DNA of 55,230 nucleotides from a virus: IMG/VR virus record IMGVR_UViG_3300031555_001876; one strand, 5' to 3'. Shown piece by piece: positions 1 to 11,156 of this stretch (position 1 is its first letter; each line of letters starts with the position of its first letter). The notes under the pieces were generated by a model. It saw only the letters and a program-made list of their open reading frames with translations, ran no database searches and was not told where the DNA came from. The position numbers and the translations under genes were made by a program.

Positions 1-1213
1 CTAAATTTTCTTTTTCAGTTACTAAAGCATTGTAATTTGCCTCTAATGCGCTATAACGGTTTAATAATTCAGTGTATTCTTCTACTTCTTCAAGAACATA
101 CTTTTTCTTTTTATCTTCGTCATTATGCTCACAGGTGCATTCAGACTTTGGTTTGCCGCATTCAGGGCACTTTTCTTCTGATTTATTATCAGAATTCTCG
201 GATTTAGTTTTTTCTTCTTTGCCCTAATTTTCTTCATCTTTTTTTGCTTTGTATTCAGCAATTGCTTCTGCACTGAATTGAGGCTCTTCTTCTGGAGTAT
301 ACTCAATAACTTCAGTTTCTTCAGCAAAAGAATAAGTATTAGTTTCAGCATCTAAAGAAAAACTTAATTTAACATACTCTTCACCATTTTTGAGAACAGC
401 AAAAGTACTTTCATCCTCAAAAATTCCCTCAATAGTCATTTGAGAAAGATTTGTTTCAACATAACTATAAAGAGCAGTCCATAAAGCGTCACCAATTTCA
501 ACACTATATCTGGAAAACACTTTTTCTCCTCCTTTATTATTTAATAACTCCCTCAATTCATCCATCATTGTACGAAGTTCATTTTTAAAACTATCATCAA
601 ATGAGAACTCTATTGTGGGCTTGGTAATTGTAGAACCTTCAAAACAAGGTTCTTCTTCATCACCTAATATACAAAGTTTTGAAATAATTGCTTCATTGAT
701 AATGAAGAATTCAGGCATACCATTATTATCTTCTGTCCAATAAGCATTTAAAGTTTCTTCATCTAATTCCATTGAATGATTATTTCCTTTATCAACACAG
801 CGTTGACATTCTTTATACTATTTAGTCCATAACCATCCTTCGGTCATTAAATATTCACGCTCAAATTGGTCATCATCAATGAATTTCTAAAACCACACCT
901 TAGCATTTAAATCAACAAAACCATAAGGCTTAGTTTTATCAATAATTTTAAATTCTTTATTTGTGATTTTTATTTCTCTACTATGTTCTTCAAAATCTTC
1001 ATTGTCTTCAATATAAAAACCAACAATAGGACAACCAGGCAAACTATTAGCCATTTTAGTTGCTACTTCTTTTGTAATAATACTTCTATTACGATTTGGT
1101 TTATCACTGACATAACATACCTTAATTTCGCATTTAGAAATTAAAGGATTATATGGAGTTATATTGATAAATTCAACAGGTGAAGATTCTAATCTAACAC
1201 TTTTATGTCTCAT
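1..1213 (-). CDS. Acidic, Glu-rich protein with a CPECG...CTCEH zinc ribbon near the C-terminal part. The gene runs off the left edge of the window, so the 3' end is missing. Possibly a morphogenesis or scaffold-like protein.
   Basis: ORFs 887..1213, 224..772 and the stretch 1..223 share one frame and are joined by in-frame TAG codons at 887-889, about 820, and 224-226. The start is ATG 1211-1213, with an AAGGAGG ribosome binding site at 1219-1225 on the minus strand. Translation across the TAGs reads as continuous, sensible protein. Confidence 0.5.
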
Positions 1214-1381
1214 TATTCATCCTCCTTAACTCATTGATTCATTATTCTAAATGGTTTTTTCACTTTTTTCGCCTTCAGCCTTTTGCGGGCGTCCACCTTT
1301 GTTATCTCCAGTAGTAGACGCAGATGTAGAAGTAGAAGTTTTCTTCTACCCTAAAATATCCTCGCCGCTTAAAGTAGAACT

Positions 1382-2833
1382 CATAAGTGGAGGAATCATA
1401 ATTTCGCTTAATTTTAAATTATCATTTTCAAAATAAGCAGTATTTAAGATGAAACTCTATGAATGTCCAAGCGCAATTTGCGGCAACATTTTTGAATATC
1501 CTAATTGAGTTTGTTCTTTATACATTTTTGATAAGTCTTTATAATTATATTGTGTAGTTTCAAGCATATAAAATTTAAAGACATATCCGCCTTTTTTAGA
1601 AAACTTTTTAGCAATAATATTATCAAAGAAAATATGAAACTATAATAATAGATTACGCATTATAGATTCATCATTTAAAATAGATTTTTCAAGAGATAAA
1701 TTACCATCAGTATTAAATAAGTTCTGTGAAATACCAAAAGCATTAAATAATGCTCTTTCTATTTTCTCTAAATCATCAGTAGTTGTTGAACTATTACTAT
1801 CGTGCGTATCTATTGAATCAATATCAGCAAAAGTAGTTAATACATCAACACCCACTGAACGTTTTAACATCTGAACTGCGTTATTATGAATATCTCTTGC
1901 TTCATCAACGTCAAAAATCAAATCGCCATTCTTATCTCTTGGAAGTTTTTGAACTATAATTTTTAATAATCGTTGCATTTGTTTGCGACGGTCTAAATCT
2001 TGCGCTGCATCTAAATCTAAAATTGCGGGAATAGCATTAATAAACATTGGGACATCACTATTGTTAAAATTAAATTTAATACTTGAACCTATATCTAATA
2101 AATACCAACTACCATATTTATCATTCATATTATCTCTTGGTAATTTACCTTGTTTATAAAGCATATATCCTTTTTTAAATTCATCAGGAAAAAGATTTAA
2201 TACTCGCATTCGATAATTAATATCGCTAAAAGTATCAAAAAAACGCATATCAAATTCAATAGCGGGCAATTGACCTACAAAATATCTTGAACGGCAATAT
2301 TTAACAGGCAACTACTGTAAAACAATCTAATCATTAGAAGGAACAAGATAAGCATAATATGCTCCATTCTTAATTACTTCTAAAGCAATGTCTCCGCATA
2401 TCTTTTTAATATGGCTTGCATCTAAATATTCAAGAACTTTATTAAACTCTTTTAATATTTTTTCATCTTTAATTTTATCATCATAGATGGTCGGCGCAAC
2501 ATACCAATCATATCTATATAAAGAAGCAAAATAATTACAAACTCTTTCATAAATACCATTTATATTATAATAAAAATTTGAAATATTTCGTAATTCTTCT
2601 AAATTGTGTTGTCCAATAGCCATCTAAATAAAAGCCTTATTAGTATATTGATGCCGAGGAAAAGATTTCTGTAAAGACCCTAAATCCAAAACCGCATCAG
2701 TTAAAGTTTTAGTGCCTACTTTTATTTTTCCATAATCTAAAAATTCACTTATTTCATCACGTCTATTTAAATTATATTCAGCATAACTATCACTTATATT
2801 AAAGCCTTTAGCGTGAATAGATTCTTTATTCAA
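1382..2833 (-). CDS. Hypothetical protein of about 480 aa. It may be the portal protein, but only because of its size and its position downstream of terL.
   Basis: Three ORFs (2624..2833, 2327..2623, 1640..2311) and the downstream stretch are in one frame. They are interrupted by TAG at 2624-2626, 2327-2329, 2312-2314, 1640-1642 and 1457-1459, and the frame closes with TGA at 1382-1384. The start is TTG 2831-2833, preceded by AAGGAGG. Confidence 0.4.
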
Positions 2834-2845
2834 AACTCCACCTCC

Positions 2846-3202
2846 TTAATAACCAGCAAGTTTCATAATATAGTCATATGAAATGAGGTTTTCTTCTGTA
2901 TATGGAATTTCAATTAAAGTAAAATCGTGAAGCGCGCAAAATCTTCGCTTTTGATTATCATTGTATTGCTATTGGTACAATCCTTTTTTACCACCAAATT
3001 TCTAACTTGCTTCATAATGCTATTTACCTTGATATTCAATAATAAAATCAATATTACCATCATCATCAAATACAACAAAATCAAAACGAAGGGGTCTGCC
3101 GCCAGGACTATTTAATCCAGGAAAACTATATTCCATTTTAAAAGGCAATTCAGCATCAGTTAAAATTTCTTCTATTTTTAATTCGGCACGTGAGGCTCTC
3201 AC
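2846..3202 (-). CDS. Small endonuclease-like protein. A motif RFDFVVFDDDGNIDFIIEYQGK resembles the PD-(D/E)xK / DUF559 (Vsr-like) nuclease core.
   Basis: The start is GTG 3200-3202, after an AAGGAGG that overlaps the terL stop. There are three in-frame TAGs (3020, 3002, 2969), and TAA at 2846-2848 closes the frame. Confidence 0.4.
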
Positions 3203-3219
3203 ACGACCCCTCCTTTCTA

Positions 3220-4962
3220 TTAATTAAAAAATTGCCAATCTTTTGCGTTAAATCGCTTTTTCTTCTTCTTATTGTCTTCTTCTTCTTTAATATAATACAA
3301 TCCATATTCAAAAGCAGAAAACTTATCTTTCTTAATGCCTTTATTAGCCTATTTGAGAATAATGTTTACGCCTTCATTTTCTTCACGTAAATTCATCATC
3401 TCTTCTTTTAATATGGATGTTAAACTAAAAGGTTTTAAATATTCTGCCCTTTTTTCTGGAGTCATTTGCTAACCCATTTTTGTACCTAATAATTTTATTT
3501 TCGCGGCACGTTCATCAATAAGCATTTTAACCTTACCGGAAGAAAGTTGAGATTGTACATTCGCGTGCGCTTCTGTATTAATTGGCGCATTTGCTTTTAT
3601 AATATAAACTGCGTCTTGTTCACAATTATTAGTTCTATATTTCTTATAATCTCCATCTGGGTCATTATAAATTCCAAAATCAGGATAAGTATCTCCATCA
3701 TCTGGATTAATCTATGTTTTTACTAGATAATCTACTAATCCAATACCTAAACCATTACCGTCAATAATTAATCTTTTTGCATTATATTTATAAAATAATT
3801 TCTTTAATTCAATACACTGTTCTTCAAAATGTTCATTTGATATTGTATATATATTAACTAAAGTTTTAATAGATGCGCCTTGCGGCTATGGAGTGACCTT
3901 AAAAACGCATACGACAGTATCGCATCCTTTACGTCCCACATCGCAAGATAAAATATAAAAACTATTTTTATTAGAACGTCCAGATGCTTCATATTCAGGT
4001 TGTTTTAATATTCTATTTCGTTCAAAAACTTCTGAACTGAAAAAAGCATCTTCTACAGTTCCAGACCATTTAGACTCATATTCTCTATCAAATGAAGCCT
4101 CGTTGTAAGTACCCTCATTTTTTTGGTCAGTAATAAATGTTTTCTATTGTAATCCAACAGCAACAGGCGTTCGCCAAGTACCACCTAAAACTATACATCG
4201 GTCAGGTTGTGTAATCATACGAACTAATAAACCAATTAATCTATCATAAGGGTAAGTATTTTTGTATCCAGCAGTAGTAATATAAATTTGACTTTTATTA
4301 ACGGCCTCTTCCTCGTGCGTTGAACCATCAGCGGCACGTCTTGGGATAGCCATAACAGGAATAATAACTTCGCGCAATGTAGTATCATCGATACCAACAC
4401 ATTCTTCCATTAAACCCCCGTGTCTACGCTAACCACGAGAACTCTCTCTCGCCGCAAGGTTATCAAGTTGAGAACCATTTTTAAATTTATAAACTACTCT
4501 ATCTTTACCTTCTAAAGTTTTTCCTCGACCCCAATCAATTTCTCGAGAAAAACTTGGAATTAATCTACATATTTCTTGAACTTTATCGTGAAGAATACTA
4601 GCACCTTGTTCTTTACCTCCAGATGTAACAAATAAATGTACTCCAGGATATAAAATACATCTAATCATAAGTGCCATAACTGATAGAAAAGATTTAGAGT
4701 AAGCGCGAGGGAATACCGCGTACACATACTAAAAACGCATAACGCAGCGCAAAAAAACTCTTTGATAAAAATAAAATTTAAATTCTCCTGGTTTTTCTTC
4801 TGTGCGCGTTCCTCGTACCATAAAATCAACAAATAAATCTGGATATTCTCTCCAAAAGGCTGTATATTGTCTAATTACAGGTAAAACGGCTCGGACACGC
4901 TCTTCAGACAAACCAACCTTTTTTCGTTGGACAGATAAATCTAATAAATTAGATAAAGCCAT
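3220..4962 (-). CDS. terL: Terminase large subunit (TerL).
   Basis: Walker A-like motif FPRAYSKS follows the ATG at 4960-4962. The RNaseH-like nuclease Asp motifs SCDVGRKGCDTVV and IIDGNG lie downstream. The frame is continuous from 4962 to TAA at 3220-3222 once at least 7 in-frame TAG codons are read through (4726, 4426, 4144, about 3886, 3712, 3468, 3331). Confidence 0.75.
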
Positions 4963-6170
4963 TAAATTTCATCCTTTATCATAAACATATTTTCATCTTC
5001 TTCAATTTGTCCTTCGATAAATTCATTAAAATCTTCAAAATCTTTATCAACAAGAGTTCTATCCAAATCTTCATAAGATAATTCAATATCATCTACGATA
5101 TCAAACTCTTCATTTGCTTTTGCGTCTTCATCTTCTTTGGCATTTTGTTTTAATGCCATTTCAATCATACTACTTAAATTAGTTTCTTCTTCAATTAAAG
5201 TTCTTGTATATCTTTGCATATCTTGAATAGTAAAATCAACTTTGTCATTTGGCTATTCAATATAGTATCTTTCAATATATCCTTCTTTTTCACACATTTC
5301 AATTAATTCTCCAACAGAATCAACAAATTCACCCTATTCGGCTTTGTTTTGAGCAGCAGTAAATTTACCAGACTTCATAAGTCCATCATACATTTTAATC
5401 ATCTTTTGCGCTCCATCAACATCACCAAGGTCAAGTAGTTGATTTGCTTTAAGCGATGTTTTGCAAATTAATTTTAATGTATCAATATGACCTGCGGTTT
5501 GAATATCATATGACCCCATCATTTCTTCATATAACTATTCAAGTCGAACCCATTCTTCAGGTCTATAAGTTTTTCCCCATTTTAATCTTAAATAAGTTCT
5601 ATCTTCATCAGTTAAATCGTCATTAAAATTTGTTTCATTATCTCTATCAAAATAATCTTCTTCTTCAAAAGTTATATCATTTTGTTCTAAACGAGGAGAG
5701 GAAGGAGGTGGAGGCGGCAATAACTCTTCACTTGGTATAGCATAATCTTGACGGTCAAGCGCAAGCGCAATCTCATTATCATCATAACCTTGCTACATCA
5801 TAGTGATTTTAAGTTTATTTGCGGCCATTTCTTTTAGATGTTCATTATCTTTCCATCTATAATCTTTATATTGTTTTAATTTCATCTTGGATAAATATCT
5901 ACCAAGAATAGTTGTTCCTGTTAGTTTGGTTTTATCTTTGGCATATTTTACCATCAATTTCTACCATTCTTCTGGAACCCAAGGAATATCAACTTCCTAT
6001 AAAATCCATAAAAAAGTTTCTGGATTAAAATTATCAACGTGTCTTGTTATACATTTCTTACATTCGGGTAATTTACCATTTGGCGGATATTTTTCAGTGT
6101 TATATGAAGTGTAAAACTGTTCTTCCGCCATTGTTCTATTACAAGTTTTACAATAACATTGATTTGACAT
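4962..6170 (-). CDS. Hypothetical protein. The N-terminus is Cys-rich (CYCKTCN...CKKC), the middle has a PPPPP run, and the C-terminus is acidic. Its position upstream of terL is consistent with a small terminase or DNA-binding packaging partner, but this is unproven.
   Basis: ATG at 6168-6170. The frame stays open through TAGs at 5997, 5961, 5793, about 5523 and about 5331, to TAA at 4962-4964. That TAA overlaps the terL ATG. Confidence 0.4.
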
Positions 6171-6172
6171 AA

Positions 6173-7228
6173 TTATCCCTACTTTCCTTTAGAATTGCGG
6201 CAACATTTACAAATACTATATAAATTATCTTTGCTGGTTTTATTTTTACTAAAATATTTATTATGGGCTAATTTAATTTGCCCACATCTAGAGCATTTCT
6301 TAAATTTACCTTTTTCAACATTAGTATAGTACCAATACAAATATTCATCTTCTGCGGTCGACGCAATTAATTTAGGAATTTTATTTCGCCATAAACTTGA
6401 AATATACTCAAGACTATGTTTAATACCAAATTCCATTTGTAAAATTTGCTAAATATCAATATTTTGCATACCATCGATTTTACATTCAACAATTCTCATA
6501 TATAAAGGATAGTCGGCTAATGCTTTATCACATATATTTTCAAAATCATAAATGAGATACCAAGTATCTCCTTCAAACTAATCCCAACTATCTTGCTTTA
6601 AACGAGAATAATTGCAAAGTATTGCTGAACAAATTTCTGGATTTAATAAACTAACTCCTTCTGGAATTGGATATCCGTCTTCATCAAAACGATAAGTAGT
6701 ATCTTCTAATTTTAATGAGTATTTAGAACGAGTTAATTTAGTAGGAATAATAGGTTGTCTATAAGAATTTTTTATTAAATATTGGTCTTTGCGCATTTCA
6801 ATTAATGCTTTTTTTATTGTAAAGGCATCTTTACCTTCAGTTACTTTGAGTTTCGCATCCCAAACATCTATGGCTTCGCGCAATTGTTTTAATGGAGGAA
6901 TTTCTTCTATATCTTTTTTAGTTATTGTTATCTTTGGTTGAAATATTACATTTTTATTATTAGTTATTAAATTATATATACCATCTTCGCCATTTTCAAG
7001 TTGGGAAACAAGACCCTCAAAAGAAGTTTCTCTTTTATTAACAGTAGTCATTCTATTGTCAGTGAGAATTTTCTTTTCTTTTTTTTCTTGTTTCTCCATA
7101 CAAAGAATTAAGTAGTCTGCTAAAATCTCCAAATATTTTTCATTTGGTTCAGGATTTTCTTCCAAAATCTTTTTGACTAATTCGTTTCTTTCTTCAGGAG
7201 TCTATAAAGAATAATCTAATTTAATCAA
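6173..7228 (-). CDS. Hypothetical protein whose C-terminal part has a CxxC...CxxC zinc ribbon.
   Basis: ORFs 6578..7165 and 6179..6436 are co-linear in one frame and joined by TAGs at 6578, 6449 and 6179. TAA at 6173-6175 closes the frame. The start is uncertain; TTG near 7226-7228 after a GGGAGG is one candidate, and there is a further TAG at 7202. Confidence 0.35.
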
Positions 7229-7249
7229 TTTTTTATTCGCCTCCCAATC

Positions 7250-7288
7250 TATGGTTATTTTATCACAAAAAAATAGAAATGTCAAATT
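7250..7288 (-). promoter_or_regulatory. Candidate promoter for the minus-strand morphogenesis operon (TTGACA ... TGTGATAAAAT).
   Basis: The reverse complement of 7280-7285 is TTGACA. About 17 nt downstream is an extended -10 like TGnGATAAAAT. It sits immediately upstream of the gene at 6173..7228. Confidence 0.4.
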
Positions 7289-7293
7289 TTACG

Positions 7294-7322
7294 TTGACTT
7301 TTTTTAGAAAAAATGTTATAAT
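7294..7322 (+). promoter_or_regulatory. Plus-strand promoter (TTGACT-N17-TATAAT) for the gene at 7356. Together with the promoter at 7250..7288 it forms a divergent pair.
   Basis: ttgact at 7294-7299 and tataat at 7317-7322 with 17-nt spacing. The ribosome binding site GAAGGAAG precedes ATG 7356. Confidence 0.6.
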
Positions 7323-7355
7323 ATTTGTATAAAATAATGAAGGAAGTTTAAATTA

Positions 7356-7730
7356 ATGTTTTTTTTAATTGCGGTTTTTATACTTTTATTGTTAGGTATA
7401 ATTTTATATAATATAGATAAAATAGTTTATGAAGAAATAGAAATAGATGCGGTTTATGGTGAAGTAATATATGGAAATGAGTTTAAAAAGATTGTTATAG
7501 ATTTAACAAAATTGCCCAAAGACAAAATAGTAGGAGTCACGTATTTTGTAAAAGAGGACGAGCAATCTATGACAGATAAAATCGCAAACGGCATTTTGAA
7601 TACTTTAGAAAAAGAATATAACTATAAATTTAATGCTGAAGATAGGATAGGGGCTTTAGCAGAAATTAAAAGTTTTAAAAAAGTATCCGCTCCTAAATTA
7701 TTTTATATGAAAAATGCGGTTTTATTATAG
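7356..7730 (+). CDS. Membrane protein with an N-terminal transmembrane helix.
   Basis: ATG with a ribosome binding site, and a hydrophobic N-terminus FFLIAVFILLLLGIILY. The gene ends at TAG 7728-7730. If TAG is a sense codon here too, the protein extends to TAA 7784-7786. Confidence 0.55.
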   Translation: MFFLIAVFILLLLGIILYNIDKIVYEEIEIDAVYGEVIYGNEFKKIVIDLTKLPKDKIVGVTYFVKEDEQSMTDKIANGILNTLEKEYNYKFNAEDRIGALAEIKSFKKVSAPKLFYMKNAVLL

Positions 7731-7774
7731 AATCGTTTTACAAAAAGATATGTTTTGGAAGGAGAAACTAGAGA

Positions 7775-7978
7775 ATGGACCCAGTAATTGGCCTTTTATG
7801 GTGCATTATGGCTCTCTTAATTGGAACGCAATACGCGCAAGTATGTGCTGGATTAAAATGGTATATGGCAATATTTGTATGTGTAATATTTTTTGTATGC
7901 GCTCCTGCGTTTATTATTGTACAAATTGCTGAAGCAATACTCGATGCTATTTTACCGGAAGGATGGGATGAGCAATGA
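7775..7978 (+). CDS. Small membrane protein of 67 aa.
   Basis: AGGAG precedes ATG 7775. The protein is hydrophobic throughout. Confidence 0.5.
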   Translation: MDPVIGLLWCIMALLIGTQYAQVCAGLKWYMAIFVCVIFFVCAPAFIIVQIAEAILDAILPEGWDEQ

Positions 7979-8361
7979 AAAAACCATATGCAATAATTGA
8001 AGTAGGTATAGATAGTGGGCGATTGGCTTATTTTGAAGATGACCACCCTGAAATATGGTATAATTCTGATATCTACTGGTTTAATAAAAGAGATGAAATG
8101 AGCGAGGAAGAATATTAGGAATATCATTTTACTATTTATGATTTGACTAAATATTATGATGAAGTTTTTGTTTGCAGTTTTCGTTCAGTTTTAAGATTTG
8201 TTGAAGGCGAAGAAAATCCGATAGTGGTGGATAGTTTATCAAGACGTGGTGTTGCAGTGCGTTATGGTACTGAAGATACAAAGATTATTCTTAATCCTAT
8301 GAAAGAACCTTATAAGTCACCTTATGAGGATGATGATGAAGAAGAAAACAGTTGTTGTTGA
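7975..8361 (+). CDS. Hypothetical acidic protein. An in-frame TAG is read through.
   Basis: ATG 7975. TAG at 8116-8118 is in frame with ORF 8143..8361. That downstream ORF has no start or ribosome binding site of its own, so read-through is the simpler model. Confidence 0.45.
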
Positions 8362-8626
8362 GGTTGGTGTATGGGCAGATAGATTAACCTATTTTGCCCA
8401 AAACCACCATATTTTAGAAACTGCAGATTTTAGAACGTTTCCCTCATCTTATAGAATGACGAAAGCGCAAGAAGATGAGTATTATGAATTTTGTAAAAAA
8501 ATAGATGATGAATATGTTGAACAATATATCTGTAAACCGCAATATATTTATCATATTTGTTTTAAAGAAGGATATGATTGTACCTATTCTTGTGGAGAAA
8601 TAGTATGGCAAAGAGATGGTGGTTAA
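8324..8626 (+). CDS. Hypothetical protein with several Cys residues.
   Basis: ORF with its ATG inside the acidic 3' end of the previous gene. Confidence 0.35.
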   Translation: MRMMMKKKTVVVEVGVWADRLTYFAQNHHILETADFRTFPSSYRMTKAQEDEYYEFCKKIDDEYVEQYICKPQYIYHICFKEGYDCTYSCGEIVWQRDGG

Positions 8627-9051
8627 TTACAGAAGGATATCAGGATGATTTTAGAGAGGAATGGCGAAAAGCGCATCCTAATGAATAGACTCCTGGATAT
8701 CGATTATATAAATTGCGCGCAAAACAGTATCGCCAAGGAGAACATGAATATAATGGGGTTAAAGTTCCTTGTACTTTTCTTGATCCATTAAGTGAAGAAG
8801 ATTTAAAATTAGAAAAAGAACTCGAAAAAGCGCAAGCAGATTATAGACTTCAAGAAGAGTTGTATATTGTTGATAGGGTTTATAGTGAAATTGGCTGGGA
8901 AGAGTTTTTATTAGATAGAGATAACTGTTATTACAGGGATATGATAAAAGTTTTAACTGATTATTATATCCCATGTGGGAGCGCAGACGCACAATGTAGT
9001 TTTAATTGTCCAGTATATGGGGTGTGTAAAGGCAATGTCGAGGAAATGTAG
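8605..9051 (+). CDS. Hypothetical protein. An in-frame TAG is read through.
   Basis: ATG 8605 follows a GGAG ribosome binding site. It is in frame with ORF 8713..9051 through TAG 8686-8688. The TTG at 8713 has no ribosome binding site. The gene ends at TAG 9049, and read-through would extend it to about 9130. Confidence 0.4.
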
Positions 9052-9290
9052 AAACGTAAAGAAACAATTATCGAAAAGTTTGTGGCGGCAGGACTTAAAA
9101 ATGAAGTATTTGTACCCGAGCAAGGAAGATAATTGGGAAGTTTTTCAAAGAGTTGCTAATGGTGGTGGCTATTATTGTCCCAGAGATAGACATAGTATAT
9201 TTGATATTATATATGATATTGTAGATAAACATTTAAATGGATTAGAATGCGAGCATAGTATAGATGGAATAAAGGAGTTATATTTCAAGA

Positions 9291-9602
9291 ATGGCTAAGA
9301 AGATTTATAAATATGAACTTGGGGTCGATGGCGGTATAGTCACTATTAAGAATTGTTTTAGTAGGATTATTAAAGTAATGGCGCAAAATGGTTGGCCCTA
9401 CATTTGGATGGAGATTGATGAAGAAAACTATGATGAAAGTGAAATTAATATCACCGCCATTGGGACTGGATGGGACTACGATGATGATGCCGGCGTCTAT
9501 GTTGATTCTGTTATTGATAGAAGCGGCTATGTATGGCATTACTTTGTGGATAATCCCATGTTTTTAAGTAAACAAGAAAAAAGTAGATGGAATAGTATTT
9601 AA
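9291..9602 (+). CDS. Hypothetical acidic protein of 103 aa.
   Basis: ATG ORF ending in TAA. Confidence 0.45.
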   Translation: MAKKIYKYELGVDGGIVTIKNCFSRIIKVMAQNGWPYIWMEIDEENYDESEINITAIGTGWDYDDDAGVYVDSVIDRSGYVWHYFVDNPMFLSKQEKSRWNSI

Positions 9603-9699
9603 GTTATCAAAAAGCTATGAATAATTTATTTACTGGTGGATATGTGGAAAATGGTAGTAGTGGAATCTTAATAAAAGAGCCGAACATAATCCTATAACG

Positions 9700-9733
9700 G
9701 TCTCGTGGGTGTGTGCCCACGAGATTTTTTTAT
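9700..9733 (+). terminator. Rho-independent terminator at the end of the 7356-9602 operon.
   Basis: GC-rich hairpin ggtctcgtgggtgtgtgcccacgagat followed by a T run. Confidence 0.6.
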
Positions 9734-9959
9734 CGTTATTCGAAATTTAAAATAATTTCTCGTAATCCGAAATCTAAAAATGATTTCAAGATTGTTTTGG
9801 TCAGGCGAAAGACTTTAACACATTAAAGAAAAAAATTTTCACGAAACCCACCCCCCCCTGTATCTGAAAAAACTATACAAAAAGTATTGACAATATTTCA
9901 GAAAAAACTATGCTTCCTTTCACCTAGCACCCCTATCAATCAGCGGCGCGTCCAGGGGC

Positions 9960-10300
9960 CACACGCGCCGAATTTCAATAGTTTAAACGATTTCCCACTT
10001 TTCTTTAACGAATTAAAGTGCTAAAGTCAAACAAACGTTTTTCCCGAATCCGCACTTCATTTGACTAAATCGTTAAAGAATACACTAAAAACTAAAACAA
10101 ACGATTTTCCCGATTCCAAACTTCATTTGACTAAATCGCTAAAGAATACGCTAATTATTAAAACAAACGATTCTCCCCTTTTTCTTTATTTGACTAAATC
10201 GTTAAAGTCGCGCACGAGCCTTGAGTGCCCTAACTTTAGCGAATTAAAGTGCTACAGCAATAAATCGCTAAAGCGTTTGCAGGAAAACTTGCAAAAAAAT
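9960..10300. repeat. Iteron-like cluster of direct repeats of CATTTGACTAAATCG(C/T)TAAAG plus CGAATTAAAGTGCTA(A/C)AG. Candidate replication origin or protein-binding array.
   Basis: At least 3 copies of cttcatttgactaaatcg(t/c)taaag at 10045, 10104 and 10185. The cgaattaaagtgctaaag motif at 10008 and 10237 recurs downstream of several genes in the module. Confidence 0.5.
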
Positions 10301-10394
10301 TTTCCTAAAACCTCTTGACAAAAAGCGCACGATGTGATACAATAAAGACAGTTAAGAGAGGTACACAAAATAAAAAAAAGAAAAAAAAATAAAA

Positions 10395-10440
10395 AAAACT
10401 CTTGACAAAGTAAACACCATTTGATATAATAAAGACAGAT
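10395..10440 (+). promoter_or_regulatory. Promoter TTGACA-N17-TATAAT with an upstream A-tract. It is the second of a tandem pair; the first is at about 10312-10340.
   Basis: Sequence ctcttgacaaagtaaacaccatttgatataat. Confidence 0.55.
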
Positions 10441-10589
10441 AAAAGAGATGAGCCAAGGCGGACGAAGTAAGCGAGAGCCGAACCAAGAACGCAAGGTAAA
10501 AACAAGACAGGATGTGCCGAGAGTGAGAGGGCAAAGCCTAAGATGCACAAAGCCACTTGTTGCTCACCAAATGAAAGGAAGTAATTACT

Positions 10590-10967
10590 ATGATGCATAC
10601 TATTAACGAACTGTACAAAATCGATGGCGCAAAGTTCTACACCGCCGACTACATCATCAAGCACAACATCCCCAAGGCTAAGTCTTATAATGACACTAAT
10701 GGCTGGAGCAAGTGTTATGGTTTGGGAACAGACAGAGGCACAAAGAACATTCACACTGCTGATGGTGTAAAGGTTGTCTACACCTACGGTGAAAAGACCT
10801 ACTTTGACACAGCAGAAGAGAGAGATGCCTACAGAGTACAGCAGAACATCGCAAGGGCAGAACTTAACAAAAAGAACAAACTGCTCAAGGCTATCAACAG
10901 CCATTATCAGACTATGAGCGTTGAAGAACTTGAGGAAGTGCTAAACAACATCAAAGAGAGAGGTTGA
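10590..10967 (+). CDS. Hypothetical protein of 125 aa.
   Basis: AAAGGAAG ribosome binding site, ATG ORF, TGA stop, and a terminator hairpin at 10968-10992. A purine-rich leader of about 150 nt precedes the gene. Confidence 0.55.
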   Translation: MMHTINELYKIDGAKFYTADYIIKHNIPKAKSYNDTNGWSKCYGLGTDRGTKNIHTADGVKVVYTYGEKTYFDTAEERDAYRVQQNIARAELNKKNKLLKAINSHYQTMSVEELEEVLNNIKERG

Positions 10968-11156
10968 TAAAAACCTCTCTCTTTCTTTGTCTGCGTGAGC
11001 GGTCGCCGCACTCCTAAATTCACTACGCTAAAGTGCTAAACAAATAAAGAGAGAAAAAATATGTAAAAAAAAATAAAAAAAATTTTCCCAAAACTATTGA
11101 CAAATCCAGAAGTAAATGATATAATAAAGACACAAAGAACAAAGGAGAGATACACA

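Noticed and set aside
1251-4984. Plus-strand ORFs 1251..1436, 2927..3115, 3190..3390 and 4802..4984 within the minus-strand packaging block.
   Set aside because: They are antisense to continuous, well-supported minus-strand genes (the terL motifs). They have no ribosome binding sites and low-complexity products.
8713-9051. ORF 8713..9051 starting at TTG, and ORF 8143..8361 starting at TTG, as independent genes.
   Set aside because: Neither has a ribosome binding site. Both are in frame with upstream ATG starts that do have ribosome binding sites (8605 and 7975), across a single TAG. Read-through fusion is the simpler model.
10252-10904. Minus-strand ORFs 10305..10904 (199 aa), 10252..10548 and 10352..10534.
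   Set aside because: They run antisense across two promoters, the purine-rich leader and the well-supported plus-strand gene 10590..10967. They have no ribosome binding site and a low-complexity composition, so they are spurious.
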